From: Mobula hypostoma
Lineage: Eukaryota
DNA length: 64,000 nt
Assembly (NCBI RefSeq): GCF_963921235.1
Contig: NC_086097.1
Coordinates: 213,220,001 to 213,284,000 of the forward strand
Reading direction: 5' to 3'
Shown: positions 25,703 to 38,564 of the stretch, piece after piece
Layout: the number at the start of each line of letters is the position of its first letter
Numbering within the stretch: position 1 is the first letter of the stretch
Notes under the pieces: generated by a model
What the model was told of the DNA's origin: nothing
Seen by the model: only the letters and a program-made list of their open reading frames with translations
The model's database searches: none
Translations under genes and position numbers: made by a program

Positions 25703-26437
25703 TTTAGCCAGAGAGTGATAAACCTGTGGAGGCCAAGTCTTCATGTATATTTAAGGCAGAGATTGATAAATTCTTGATTGGTCAGGGCATGAAGAGATAC
25801 AGGGAGAAGGCAGGAGATTGGGGAAGAGAGAAAAATTGGATCAGCCATGATGAAATGGTGGAGCAGCCTCAATCAGCCAAATGGCCTAATTCTGACCCTA
25901 TATCTTATGGTCTTATGATCTCTTACCTCACTTCCTCACCTGTTTATCCATTCCCCCAGTGCCCCTCCTTCCCTTACTCCCATGGTTCATTCTCCTCTGC
26001 TATCAGATTTCTTCTTCTCCCACTCACCTGGCTTAACCTATCATTTTCTAGTTGGTCCTCATTCCCCTCCCTCCTACCTTTTTATTCTGGCATCTTCCCC
26101 TTTCTTTTCCAGTCCTGAAGAAGGGTCTAAGCCTGAAATGTCATCGGTTTATTCATTTCCATAGATGCTGCCTGACCTGTGAAATTCCTCCAGCATTTTG
26201 TGTGTGTTGCTCTGAATTTCCAACATCTGTAGAATCTCTTGTGGTTATAACATGTATTTGCCAACAGCTTTAAAATCTTGAAATCTATGAAATCCATCTT
26301 TTCTCCAATTCCAATGAGAGTCTTGGTATCAATGTTACATGAGGATTAATCGATTAACATTTTCAATCTGTATATTCTAAGCTGCCTGCATAAATATTGT
26401 CTAAATATTCTTCTTTTTTCAGTGAAGTGTCAGTTCA

Positions 26438-27270
26438 TTTAGATTAGATTAGATTAGATTCAACTTTATTGTCATTGTTCTGAGTACAGATACAAAGCCA
26501 ATGAAATGCAGTTATCATCTAACCAGAAATGCAAAAAGAATAGTGTTATTTACAAAATAACTGTGAATAAAAAGTAAATGCTACAGCACACAAATATAAA
26601 AGTACTGAGACAGTACAATATGGGTGCAGTACTGCTTAGTGCTGTGATGTGAGGTTCAGCAGGGTCACAGCCCCAGGGAAGAAGCTCTTCCTGTGCCTAC
26701 TGGTGCGGGAGTGGAGGCTCCTATAGCACCTACCAGATGGGAGGAGAGTAAAATGTCCATGGTTAGGGTGAGATGCATCCTTGATAATGCTTTTCATCCT
26801 GCCCAGGCAGCGTTTATGGTAGATGTTCTCAATGGTGGGCAATTGGGTGCTGATAATCCACTGGGCAGTTTTCACTACAGGCTGGAGTGATTTGCAGTCC
26901 AATATGGGACAATTGCCATACCACACTGAGATGCAGTTGGTGAGTATGCTCTCAATGGTACAGCGGTAAAAGTCCGTCAGTATCCTGGGACAGAGGTGAG
27001 CTTTCTTCGTGCTCTGCAGGAATTAAAGGTGCTGTTGCACCTTTTTGATCAGGATGGAGGAGTTCAGGGACCAGGTGAGATCCTTGGAAATGTGGACACC
27101 AAGGAACTTGAAGCTTGATACACACTCCACTACAGCTCCGTTGATGTAGATGGGGACGTGAGTGTGGCTCCTAGCATGCCTGAAGTCCACAATGATCTCC
27201 TTGGTCTTCTGGGTGTTAAGGGCCAGGTTGTTGTCGGCACACCACGCGGCCAGGTGCTGGACCTCGTCCC
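26438..27270 (-). mobile_element. Rex1/Babar LINE 3' fragment with (TCTAA)n tail
   Basis: ORF 26636..26926 (WYGNC…LQPVVKTAQWII…IKDASHPNH..F.LLPSGR.YRS); (TTAGA)n at 26439-26460. Confidence 0.85.
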
Positions 27271-27429
27271 TTTGGTCTGTTAAAACCCCACTGAAAAATT
27301 TCCTGATGGGTTATTGAAATATTCAGCACATTAGACATCCCCACTTGCTAAGGAAGCAGAAGGCAGAGCAGCATCCAAACACTGGCCTGATAAGTTTGTA
27401 CTAAACTCAGCAAAAGACTTCAAGGAATA

Positions 27430-27655
27430 TTTTCATTTGTAAATACAGACCCTTCCAGCCCAACGAGCCCGTGCCACCCAGTTACAACTATGTGATCAAT
27501 TAACCTACTGACCCATACACCTTCGGAATGTGGGAAGAAACTAGAGCACCCAGCGAAATCCCACACAGTCACAGGGACAGCACACAAACCCTTGCGCTGA
27601 ATTGAACCCAGGTCACTGGTGCCATAATTGTGTAACACGTTATCATGCCACCCCT
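27430..27655 (-). mobile_element. HE1/V-SINE-like tRNA-derived SINE
   Basis: The reverse strand has a B-box-like ctgggttcaattc, a V-domain-like ccctgtgactgtgtgggatttcgctgggtgctctagtttcttcccacattcc and a CR1-like tail gggctcgttgggctggaagg. Confidence 0.7.
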
Positions 27656-28049
27656 TTATATAAGGTGGCTGTGCCCTCTTATATAAGATAAATTATCTTT
27701 ACTTTCTTTTATCTGAACCATCACAGTGAGATGTACAGTACACCAGTTCAGTCTGTACACAGTCACATGAATAAAATACCAAAGGGAAGGCAGGAGACAT
27801 ACAAAAGCATACATCCTGGTTGCAGCTTCATCACATAAAAGATTCTTGATATCCTTATCTATGATTTGCTGCATTAGTGTTTTGGAATGGAAATTCATAG
27901 AATGGTAAAGCATGCCATTCAGTCTAGCAAGTCTGAACTAGCTTCACAAAAGAGCAATCCACCCTCTCCCCGTCGCTCTGCTGGTACTTACAGATACTTA
28001 GCTCCTTGCGAATAATCCGATTGAATTTTCATTTGCTTCACATTGCAGA

Positions 28050-29230
28050 TTTGTAATTAACTTTGCATTCCCTATGTAAAAATAACTTTCCTTATGCCAC
28101 TTTTATCCAACCACCTTCATTCTGTGTCCCTCAATCTTGACTCCCTCTGACAATGGTAACAGTTTCTCTCTGTCTACATTACCTCTACCCTTCATGATTC
28201 TAAATGCCTCTGGAAGATCCCCTCACAAACCTCCAAGGAAATCCCCCAGTGTTTCCAGTTTATCCCCATCCCTGGAATTACTTAGTAACCGTCTCCTGCA
28301 CTGTCTCTAATACCTTTGCGTCTTTCAGACGTGTGGCATTCAGAAGTGGACAGAATACTCCAATTGTTAATACTCCAGTGCTTTATAGAGGTTCATTAAA
28401 GCTACTTTGATCTTTTATTCCATTTACAAAGCCCATACTTCCCAATACTTTTCTAAACACCTTCTGAATGCACCCTACCACTTACAATCATCTCTGTTTT
28501 TGCATCCCTTTTAGAATTCGGTGTCTTCTTGGTTTTCTGAGCAACAAGTAACACCACATTTCGCTGCGTTAAATTTCATCTTCCACCTATCCACCCGACC
28601 GTCTGTATTTCCTCGACATCTATTTCTCTGTCTTTCTCGCTATCTATATCTCTGTCTCGCTGTCTCTCTCGCTCTCTCTTTCACACACACACACACACTC
28701 TATTATACCACAGGCTTTGTGTTAAAATTAGAAAACTGTGCCCTTGCGCATCCTAGTTCAAATCATTATTACATATTGGAAAAAACTACTGATCCTAGTA
28801 CCAACCCTGGGAACTCCATTGTTCCTGTCGCAGAAGATAACTTTTCCCCATTGCTGTTACCTAACCAATACCTTTTCCAACCTTTGACCATTGCTTCTCT
28901 TTTTAAATATGGAAATCAGCCTGTTGTGTGGTATCTCATCCAACACCTTTTGAAAGTACATATTAACCACATCAACTAGATTTCCATGGCTGGGCCTCTC
29001 TCTTTCTTCATCAAAAACTGTCAGATTAGTTAGGCATGTATTGTTTTTAGAAAATCCATACCAGCATTTGCTTACTAATTTGCATTTGTCCAATAATTCT
29101 GTCGTTGTTATTTTCTACTACTTACTAATGATGTTAAATTGATTAGTCTATAGTTGCTGGATGTATCCATGCACACCCTTCTTGAACAAGGGTATAAGAA
29201 TTTTTAACTTTCCAGCCTGTTAACACCATA
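28050..29230 (-). mobile_element. Old CR1 fragments
   Basis: ORF 28857..29093 (GF.KN.TCLTNL..F…VDVV.MYFQKVLDEIPHNRL) and decayed 3'-end similarity at 28050-28500. Confidence 0.65.
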
Positions 29231-29877
29231 GAATCTATAGTATGTTTATACTATAGAATCATAGAATCCATTGTATGAATCTATAGTAACAAAGGCTTCT
29301 GCTGTTTAACCCTTCACTTACCTCAGCAACCTAGATGCATCCAATTTGAATCTGGTGATTAAAACACTTTCAATGCACCTTGACTATCGCCTCCGTCACT
29401 TCCATCTATAATCTCAACCTCTTTAGCTAAATACAAACTATCAGAGGAACACAGTGGGCCAGGAAAACCCACTGACTTCCTCCAGTGGTTCGATTTTTGC
29501 TCCTGTTTTCAGCATCTGTACTCTCTTATGTCTCAACTACATCATTGTTTGCTGCAACTCCAACTGTATCTTCTTCCTCGGCGAAGACCGATGTGAAGCT
29601 CTGACTCAGCACCTTGGCCATGCCCTCACACGTCAGGTATAATTGTTCTCTTTGGTCTTAGTGGCTCCATCGATTTTCCTATTTCCTGTTCACATAGCTT
29701 TAGAATATTTGTAAATCCCACTTTAAGCTTGGCTCCACTTTGCCTCCACTATTTTTCACTAATCTTCTAAACTTCTTGAAACCCGTCTGGTTCTCACTTT
29801 AGTTAACAACATAGTATCAGTCATAATTTTCATTGTGCTATCATGTCTTACTTGTTAGTTTTTTATTATTTTTTATA

Positions 29878-30640
29878 TATAACCATATAACAATTACAGC
29901 ACGAAACAGGCCATCTCGGCCCTTCTAGTCCATGCCGAACTCTTACTCTCTCCTAGTCCCACCGACCTGCACTCAGCCCATAACCCTCCATTCCTTTCCT
30001 GTCCATATATCTATCCAATTAAACGACAACATCGAACCTGCCTCAACTACTTCTGCTGGAAGCTCGTTCCACACAGCTACCCACTCTCTGAGTAAAAAAG
30101 TTCCCCCTCATGTTACCCCTAAACTTTTGTCCTTTAACTCTCAACTCACGTCCTCTTGGTTTAATCTTCCCCACTCTCAATGGAAAAAGCCTATCCACGT
30201 CAACTCTATCAATGCCCCTCATAATTTTAAACACCTCTATCAAGTCCCCCCTCAACCTTCTATGCTGCAAAGAATAAAGACCTAACTTGTTCAACCTTTC
30301 TCTGTAACTTAGGAGATGAAACCCAGGCAACATTTTAATAAACCTCCTCTGTACTCTCTCAATTTTATTGACATCTTTCCTATAATTCGGTGACCAGAAC
30401 TGTACACAATACTACAAATTTGGCCTTACCAATGCCTTATACAATTTCAACATTACATCCCAACTCCTATACTCAATGCTCTGATTAATAAAGCCCAGCA
30501 TACCAAAAGCTTTCTTCACCACCCTATCCACATGAGATTCCACCTTCAGGGAACTATGCACCATTATTTCTAGATCCCTCTGTTCTACTGCATTCTTCAA
30601 TGCCCTACCATGTGTGTCCTATTTTGATTAGTCCTACCAA
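29878..30640 (-). mobile_element. CR1 LINE 3' fragment
   Basis: ORF 30412..30600 (QRDL..MVHSSLKV…LYKALVRP.L) and ORF 30043..30333 (SYRERLNKLGLYSL..RRLRGDLIEVFKIMRG). Confidence 0.9.
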
Positions 30641-31574
30641 AAGGTCAGCTAGAGGACGGTGATAAATTGACCAGTTCAGCCCAGCAAATATCAAGTCTGG
30701 CATGAAATAAATAATCCTTACTCTGACTTTCTATTTCAAAGAGAAACAGCAATTTACTTGTACTTCTTTCAATTTATCAAGCTATTTTTTGCTCACAAGA
30801 TGATCTCCTTAACACAGAAGAGACCAGTCAGGATGGGTGATGGCTTTGTGGGTTGCTGCCATTCAGTCTACATCCATTTCTGGACACCTGTCATGTTATT
30901 TCCCTGTACCATTCCTACTTTGTCTATTCTGTCCTCAGCATCCTTCATCCTTATACTGAGGCTCAACCGCAGCCTGAGGAATAGCGGTTGATCTTTATTT
31001 TCCCTCTAGTTCTTGCTCATAGGAATGTACCTAGATTTAATCTAAGAGCCTTCTGATTCCAATTTAACCAGGCCAAAACTTATTTTCCTCATTGAAATTG
31101 TCCCTTGTCCAATTGACCATTTTTATCTTGGCATTGTCTGTACCATTTTCCATGGCTCAGCCATGGAATTCTGGTCTATGTGGTTAATACGTACTTTCAA
31201 AAAGCGCTGGATGAGATACCAAATGATAGCTATTTTTAAACTTACAATATTATGATTCCCCCACTGGCACTTACTCCTTTTGAGCCAGATCATCTCCTAA
31301 ATATAAATCCAATCACACCTTTCCCATTGATCCAGAATATACTGATTGACGAAGTTTCTTTGAACACACTTTAAAATTTCCTCTTCCCCTCAGACCCTTA
31401 TGTTATCCCACTTGCTAACCTAATCTATATTTGGATAGTTGAATACTCCACTGTTACTGCTTTGTGGCTGTTCTTCCAAAAATGTTTTATAAACCTATCT
31501 CTCTAGTTCTGTCTAAAAATTTATCATGAAATGTTTTGGGAACATCCCTCATTCTTTAACCCCTTAATTCCTAG

Positions 31575-31950
31575 CATCATTCTCCTGAACAATGTTCCCT
31601 CTACTTTTACAGCTGTGTGGACCAATCATTGCCCATTAACTCCCATTGGTGTTCCTCCCCCTTCCCTTTCTTCCATGGCCTTCTGTTTTCTCCTATCAGA
31701 TTCCCCCCTTCCCTAGCCCTTTTTCTCTTCCACCAATCAACTTCCCAGCTCTTTACTTCACCCGCTCCCCCTCTCCCAGTTTCACCTATCATCTACTACC
31801 ATGTATTTCCTCCCCTCTCCCAACTTCTTACTCTGATTTATCATCTATTTTCTCCAGTCCTGATGAAGGGTCTCAGCCTGAAACATCGACTGTTTGCTCT
31901 TTTCCATAGATGTTGCCTGGCCTGCTGAGTTCCTCTCGCATTTTACTTGG
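31575..31950 (+). mobile_element. PLE pseudo-LTR/terminus
   Basis: Pyrimidine-rich pLTR followed by cagtcctgatgaagggtctcagcctgaaacatcgactg and the shared terminus. Confidence 0.85.
31855..31892 (+). ncRNA. Minimal type I hammerhead ribozyme motif (best-preserved copy)
   Basis: Stem I CAGTC/GACTG (5 bp) encloses CTGATGA, stem II AGG(G)…CCT, GAAAC and the cleavage triplet ATC (GTC in other copies). Activity is not shown. Confidence 0.7.
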
Positions 31951-31984
31951 ATCAGCACTTTTTCTCACTTCATACATAATATAT

Positions 31985-32290
31985 TGAACAGTACTGCACA
32001 GGACAAGCCCTTCAACCCATGATGTTGTGACAAACTATTAAAACGAGTAATTAAATTCCTAACTAAACTAAACCCTTCTGCCTACATGAAGTCCATATCC
32101 CTCCATTCTCTGCACATTCATGTGCCTATCTAAAAACCTCTTAAAAGCCTCAATCATACATTATTTGCCTCTACCGTCACCCCTGGCAACACATTCCAGG
32201 CACCCATCATTCTCTGTGTGGAAAAACTTGTCCCACACAATTCCTTTGAACTCATTTTAAATGCATGTCCTCAAGTCTTATAAATTCCAA
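31985..32290 (-). mobile_element. CR1 3' UTR fragment
   Basis: Reverse complement of a CR1-type 3' end (acagtactgcacaggacaagcccttcaacccatgatgttgtg…). Confidence 0.65.
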
Positions 32291-33871
32291 ACCTCCATTT
32301 CTATAAATTCTGCTTTTTAATCTCTTAGTGCCGGCTCATTCCTGAGAACCACCCAAGCTGTTGGTGATGAATCAGATAATTCTGGCTGGAGATGCTGACT
32401 GTGAGCAGGGCAAAAGCTAACAGAATAGATTTAGGAAGAGAAAACAATGGACAAGCAATGGGAGTAAGAGAGAAAAGTGAAAAACAATGGCACAGACCAC
32501 AGACTGCTTAAAAGCAGTTTAAAGTGCAGTCGCAAATCCAGCAGATAAATGTGAAGGAAATAAGGAGACGACAGGGTGTAGTTGCAATGGCATAATAGAA
32601 ATTTCACTCCAGGGAGTGGAGGAAATGATGAGTCAGTTCTGTTCCCGAATGCTAAAACTATTAGGAATAAAGTCAGAAATCTAGGGCCCTATGATTGTGG
32701 AAGAGGACCGGATCAAGGACATAGATTTCCTTAACTTTATGGACAAAAGTTAGGAAAATAAGTGGTAAAATATTAATTATTTTGAAGACCAGGAAAGGAT
32801 AAACTGGGAGAAGATGTCATTTTTAATGTGGAGGAGATTTAGAAATTATCTTAACACACTTTGATTTATGCAAATAGGGTGGAAAGTTAATCAAAACTGA
32901 AGTGAGCATTCGTTCAGATTGCCCCTCTAACCATGCCACATTGTTAGCAGTGGAGGCACTTCGAGTGCTTCCCTATCATTGAATTCTTTCTACATTCTAC
33001 GATATTCAATTTCTAATGTACAGTATATCGTGCGACATAGGCTGTTAATTTTGTTCTATTTTATTTACTTTTCAGATGCAGGTTTGCTGACAAAGTCTAA
33101 ATTTATTGCCCAACCTTAACTGTCCTTAAGAAAGTGGGCATAAGCCCTCTTTTTAAAAGCTGCAGCCCTGCTGATGATAATCAGACTATGCTCTCGGTTA
33201 GAAAGTTCCATGATGTGGACCCAGCAACAATGAAACAACAATTTCACGAGCAAATGATGTCAATAGAAAGGAGAACTGGATGAGATTAAATTAGACAGCC
33301 AACTTGTTCCATTTGATTGTAGTGGAAGCAACATTTTATTTGTTGGCAATTTCAGTGATGGCCAAAAGTAATCTGAAGAATGGCTTCTCTTCCCACAGCT
33401 GTGCAAGGAATTATCCCTAGTTGCAATCTATTTCCGCTCAACAGTTTCATCCAGAAATGCAGCATCAGTTTCCTCATGGATGCAGGCAACACCAAAGCCT
33501 CCACCAAATTCAGAGGGCAGAGCTTGGTTATGATGGCACTAAACGGCAACTCCTTCGCTTGCATCTTCAGAAACAGCTCTATTTCCATCTTTGATATCTC
33601 TTTTTTTCCCCTTTCAAGATTCTTTTGAAGACCCTGACCTGGAGTTAAATCCTGACTTTGATTCTTTGTGGGAATGGGACCTGATATAAGGGCCTCTCAA
33701 CCGTCCACTTTTTGATATCCCAAGGACACCTTCAGGGTTCAGATTTTCATGGCTCTGGAGATGGGCTGATTCAAGACTGGGGCTGTTGCCCGGTGAGTTG
33801 CTGGAGAACACGGAAGATCACAAGCAATGGGCTTGCTGCTGGCTATGTGGCCAGGTGTTGTAATGTGAGTG

Positions 33872-34806
33872 TAATTTAGGGGTGTTATATGTGGACATTT
33901 CAGCTGGGGGTCAGAAGGCTGAAGCCAGGCTACTGATAGCTAAGGGCAGGGGGCCCAGTCTTTTGGGTCGCAATTGGCTTCACAAAATCCAGCTAAACTG
34001 GCATGAAATTAAGTATGCACACACGACGGAGGACATTCTGCAGCTGTACTGTGATATTTTCAGGGAGGAGCTGGGAACACTGAAATGTGTGACAGTGAAA
34101 CTCCATGTCGACCCTGAGGCTACACCTTTTTTTAAGCCCAGGTCGGTGCCCTATGCCATGAAAGGCAAAGTCGAGGAGGAGCTGGAACGTTTACAGAGGC
34201 TGGGCATTATTAAGCCCATCACTTTGGGCTCAATAGGTGGACAAGGTGGGTGGCTCCCATTGTTCCTGTTTTGAAGGCAGACAAAACGGTGAGGATATGT
34301 GGAGATTATAAGCTTACGGTGAATCAGGTCTCTAGGCTGGAGGACTACCCATTGCCACGGGTGGATAACCTGTTTGCGACCCTGTCAGGGGGTAAGCTGT
34401 TCACAAAGCTGGACGTGAGCCACGCCTACCAACAACTGCTGCTCGACGAGGATTCAAAGGAGTACGTCACAATTAATACCCACAAGGGATTATTCAAGAA
34501 CAATCGCCTGGTGTTTGGAGTGGCGTCCAGCCCTGCCATTTTCCAAAGAACAATGGACACTTTGCTGCAGGGGATTCCGCACGTAGCAGTGTACCTTGAT
34601 GATATTTTGATCACGGGGGCTACGGAGGCGGAGCATCCGGCTAACTTAGAACGGGTGCTGAAGAGGCTCTCAGACGCAGGGCTGCGGTTGAAAAGCAGAA
34701 AATGTGTGTTCCTGGCATGGAGTGTGACTTACCTGGGACACAAGATCACAGCTGAGGGGCTTTGCCCTGTGGAGGACAAAGTGAGAGCTATTAAGAAAGC
34801 CCCATG
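33872..34806 (+). mobile_element. Gypsy/Ty3 pol fragment (protease C-terminus plus RT), one frameshift
   Basis: GPSLLGRNWL…FFKPRSVPYA…APIVPVLKADKTVRICGDYKLTVN…YPLPRVD…KLD…AYQQ…FGVASSPAIFQRTM…VYLDDILI…YLGH. Confidence 0.93.
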
Positions 34807-35151
34807 ATTCCCAAGTTCCCATTCTGAGGACTGAAGATCAACTTCTTGAAACTTGTCTATTTCATTCCATGAAATTACTTGTTTAAATAACTAGTGAATA
34901 TTAAATCCACTGTTAGTTATTACTCCTTGCTTTAGTATTTCTCCTGATCTCCTGAAATAGTGTAATCAATGAGAGAGATTTCTCTCTTGACAGAGATGAA
35001 CATTTGCTCTCTCTTTTCTGTTGCTCCACACCATGCTTATGAAGGATATAACAGGACAGCAGAACCTAATTCATCTAAAATGTAACTGTGGTAATTGTCC
35101 ACTTACTAATTCAAGACCAGTATGACAGGTCTGTGTCATTATTAAATCATC

Positions 35152-35340
35152 CATAAAACCATAAGATCATAAGACAGGAGCAAAATTAAGCCATCAGGCC
35201 CATCGGGTCCACTCTGACATTTGATCATGACTGATTTATTACCCTTTCAACTTCAATCTCCTGTCTTCTCCCTATAGTCTTTGACATCCTTACTAATTAA
35301 GAACCTATCAACCTCAAATTTAAATATATCCATCATTATG
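35152..35340 (-). mobile_element. CR1 3' UTR fragment
   Basis: cataaaaccataagatcataagacaggagcaaaattaagccatcaggcccatcg, same family end as 70-250. Confidence 0.75.
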
Positions 35341-37227
35341 TACAGTAATAATTACATATATCTATAAGAGAAATTGCTGAATTACTTTGTACAAATTCAT
35401 ATATACCAGAGGTCCAGTAAAGAGCATATAAGGTGACTAAATCACTACCAATCCAATTCTATATTACACAAGGTGCTGGATTATGTTTAGCTGCATTATG
35501 GGACCAATTCATTTTCATCTTCTTAGTGAGGCCACACATCAAGTTATCAACGCTCAGTGTTAAATATGAATGTGTGATAATCAAAATGAGCACACAATAG
35601 GTATAAGGGCTGAAGGGTGAGGGCCGTACAATCCAGGACTCACAGACTGAATTTATCTCCAGCAACCAGCTCTATAAAATTAACCCAGGAAGTATTACAG
35701 TGAGTACCGGTTAATGTGGCTCTTTATTATGGCACTGGTCTTACTTGCAATTTTTATTAATTTAGAAATTAGGGAAAGATGGTAAAGATTTACTGCTAAC
35801 AAAAAATCATGATTACAGCACAGATCACTGAAGTCTTTTAAAACACAATGAGAAGATGTCAGTAGCCACAAGACATGATTGCGTAATGTTTATTATAGGT
35901 GTTATCTCGCAATACTTGTATTAATATTTACAGAATAGGATGGATGTCATTGTTTAATTAATAAGTAGCTAAGGTTGACAGAGAGAGAAGCAAACGTTGT
36001 AAGCTGCAAAATGGGCTTAGGTTTTACATTTTTTCACTAAATAAGTCTTTTTAAATAGAACTTCCTTGGATATCGATGTACATGGAAAAATATAACTATT
36101 AATTTTTATCCTGTGCTGGCAGAGAGTTTTACTAGTGAATAAAAATAAAGAAAGCAGATTTACACATTGCGTCCAAAGTGCTTCAAAATGTGTAGGGCAC
36201 TGACCAATTCCTTTTTTGCCCATGGAATGTGACGTCCAATGGCTTAGCAATGTTATAAAATTTTTGCAGACTAGAAGCACAGTTAGAAATGGGGCAAAAA
36301 GTAAGAACAACATGCAATCATGTAAATGAAAGCAAATTTTTTTTCTGAAGAGATTATTAAGGAAAAGCAGTAGTCTGTAGGTATTACATCTTTGTTATTT
36401 TAGTGACAACCAGGAAAATGTCTGTCAGAGTGTCCAAGTAGTACATCAAATATAAAATTGAAGGGTTTAGACTCAACAGTGAAGGTATTGTTTGCAGAGG
36501 CTAATTAAGACAAAAAGGAAACTTGAAGAAGAGCAATATGTCATTCATGAATTTTCTTGAGTGATACAGCCTGGGATTGCATTTACTCAAGTAGGTAAAC
36601 CTCTAGATGAGATGTTATGTGGTATGGATATTCCTAGGAATCTGCCTGACATGTGCAACTTTACATCAAGTATTTGCTAGAAGTTTTTGAAAATAAATTT
36701 TGACTATATCACAAATATGGAGAATAATAAAAATAACAATATGCTTTGATGCAAGCCTTAAGATGCATGGTAATCCAGCAGTAAGTATCCTGTTGCTTTG
36801 AGCTGACAAGGATGATGCTGAGGGGAGTACCAGAATGGCTGATGTAGGAGTTCTACATCTATCTTACTTCCTCTCTTTGGCAACGTTACTTGGTAAAGTT
36901 TCCCATAAATTCAGTATAATGCACTTGAACAAAATAGTTGATGCATCTTAACACACGTGAGCTCAGTCAGCTTTTAACCTCCAGCGAAGGTCATTTCAGA
37001 GTATGCAGATGTACACATGTAAGAAACAGAGAGCAAATTGTTCATGGCTCATTACAAGATGGCCTCTGGAACTTTCTGTAAACATCATTGCCACCCAGTG
37101 AGCAATTAGTCACATGGCACAATCATCAAAGGAGTGAAAGCTTTAAAATGACAGTTATTGTTCACAACAAGAACTACATATAATACATTACTGAAGTTTT
37201 TTTTATAGCAGAGGTTAATCAACTTTG

Positions 37228-37595
37228 TCATTATTTGAGTCACTGTCACTTACCTGTCAGCTTGAACCAGTCTAGTCATTCTCTTCTGACCTCCCTCATG
37301 GACAAGACGTTTCCACACACAGAACTGCCATTCACTGAATGTTTATTCTTTTTCATACCATCCTCTGTAAACCCTAGAGGCTCCCGTGTGTGAAAATCCC
37401 AGGAGCTCAGCAGTTTCTGAGATACTCAAACCACCCCATCTGGCACCAACAGTCATTCCACAGTCAAAGTCATTTAGGTCATATATCTTCCTAATTCTGA
37501 TGTTCGGTCTGAACAATAACTGAACCGTTTGACCATGTCTACATGCTTTTATGCATTGAGTTGTTGCAAAATGATTGGCTGAGTAGATTCTTGCA
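37228..37595 (-). mobile_element. Tc1-like transposon fragment (transposase N-terminal HTH)
   Basis: Reverse strand encodes DLNDFDCGMTVGARWGGLSISETAELLGFSHT..SRVY..W, typical of fish Tc1-like transposases. Confidence 0.8.
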
Positions 37596-38074
37596 CATAG
37601 GAGATTAAAACAAAGCTATACAATATCTAATGATTAAACTGTAGAGAGGTATTACAAACTGGAGGAAAAACATGCTAAGTTTTAATTAAGGGAAGCAAAC
37701 TCTGAATGGAGCGGTCTCAGCAATCAAAAGCTCAGGTTCTTAATCTGCTGCACAATTATGCTCCATGAAATTAATTTGTTCATAAATGTTACATCCAGAA
37801 ATGCATGTTATAATTACCATTAATCAGTAAAATATGTGCCCTACAATTTGCAGTGTGGAACCATCATGAAAGTTAGTATAGAAACATAAAAGGATAAGAA
37901 AGGAAATAGAACTGGACCAAATGGACTCTCGAGACTGCTCATAGCTGAACATCTGTCTCATCAGTTTTTTCATGTGAGCTTCATACCTCCTTATTCCTTC
38001 AGTATCCAAAAAATCTATCTGGCTCAGACTTGAAAGGGGAGAGGGTATTGCGCTGCTGATTAGGGAGACCATTA

Positions 38075-38250
38075 CCTATGACTGCCCAATTACATCCCAT
38101 GTGACCAATTAATCTACTAACCCATACGTCTCTGGAATATGGGAGGAAACTGGAGCACCTGGAGGAAACCCATGTGCTCACTGGGAGAGCATACAAGCTC
38201 CTTACAGACAGCGGCAGAATTGAATCTTGGTCACTTGCACTGTAATTTTT
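38075..38250 (-). mobile_element. HE1/V-SINE-like SINE
   Basis: Reverse strand tgggtttcctccaggtgctccagtttcctcccatattcc (V domain), homologous to 27430-27655. Confidence 0.72.
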
Positions 38251-38564
38251 TACTCACAAAGATTAGCTCTGATCTGAGAAGATGAAAAGCTTAAATTTGG
38301 CATATGTAACCAAAAAAAAAGACAACAATGGTCAAACCTATGTAGACCATTCCTGTCATATTATCAGGATGCTCTTCATTGACTACAGCTCAGCATTCAA
38401 CATTATTATCCCCTCAAAACCAATCAATAACCTCCAAGACCTAGGCCTTAATACCTTGGCGCAAATAGATCCTTGATTTCCTCACTTGCAGACCCCAGTC
38501 AGTTCAGATGCCAACAACATCTCCTCCACAATCTCCATCAGCACAGGTGCATCACAAGATAGTG

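Larger units (their letters stand above)
19098..25920 (+). mobile_element. 5'-truncated CR1 LINE, split by an antisense CR1 (pieces 19098-20428 and 25703-25920)
   Basis: ORF 19402..19587 (QHGFLKGKFCLSNLLEFF…DFQKAFDKVPH) and ORF 19523..19966 (KFADDMKI). The sequence …aggaatttcttta (20428) resumes as tttagccagagagtg (25703). Confidence 0.88.
17166..26240. mobile_element. Inverted (tail-out) PLE with nested insertions: minus arm about 17166-18650, plus arm about 18715-19097 and 25920-26240
   Basis: ORF 18169..18720 (VAMGTHIGRSYACLFVGYMEQ…). Candidate 16-bp TSD gtggttataatgtgta (17150-17165) / gtggttataacatgta (26241-26256). Confidence 0.82.

Noticed and set aside
32330..32900. L1/Tx1 ORF1-like remnant
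   Set aside because: Only vague similarity; too degenerate to call without an HMM search.
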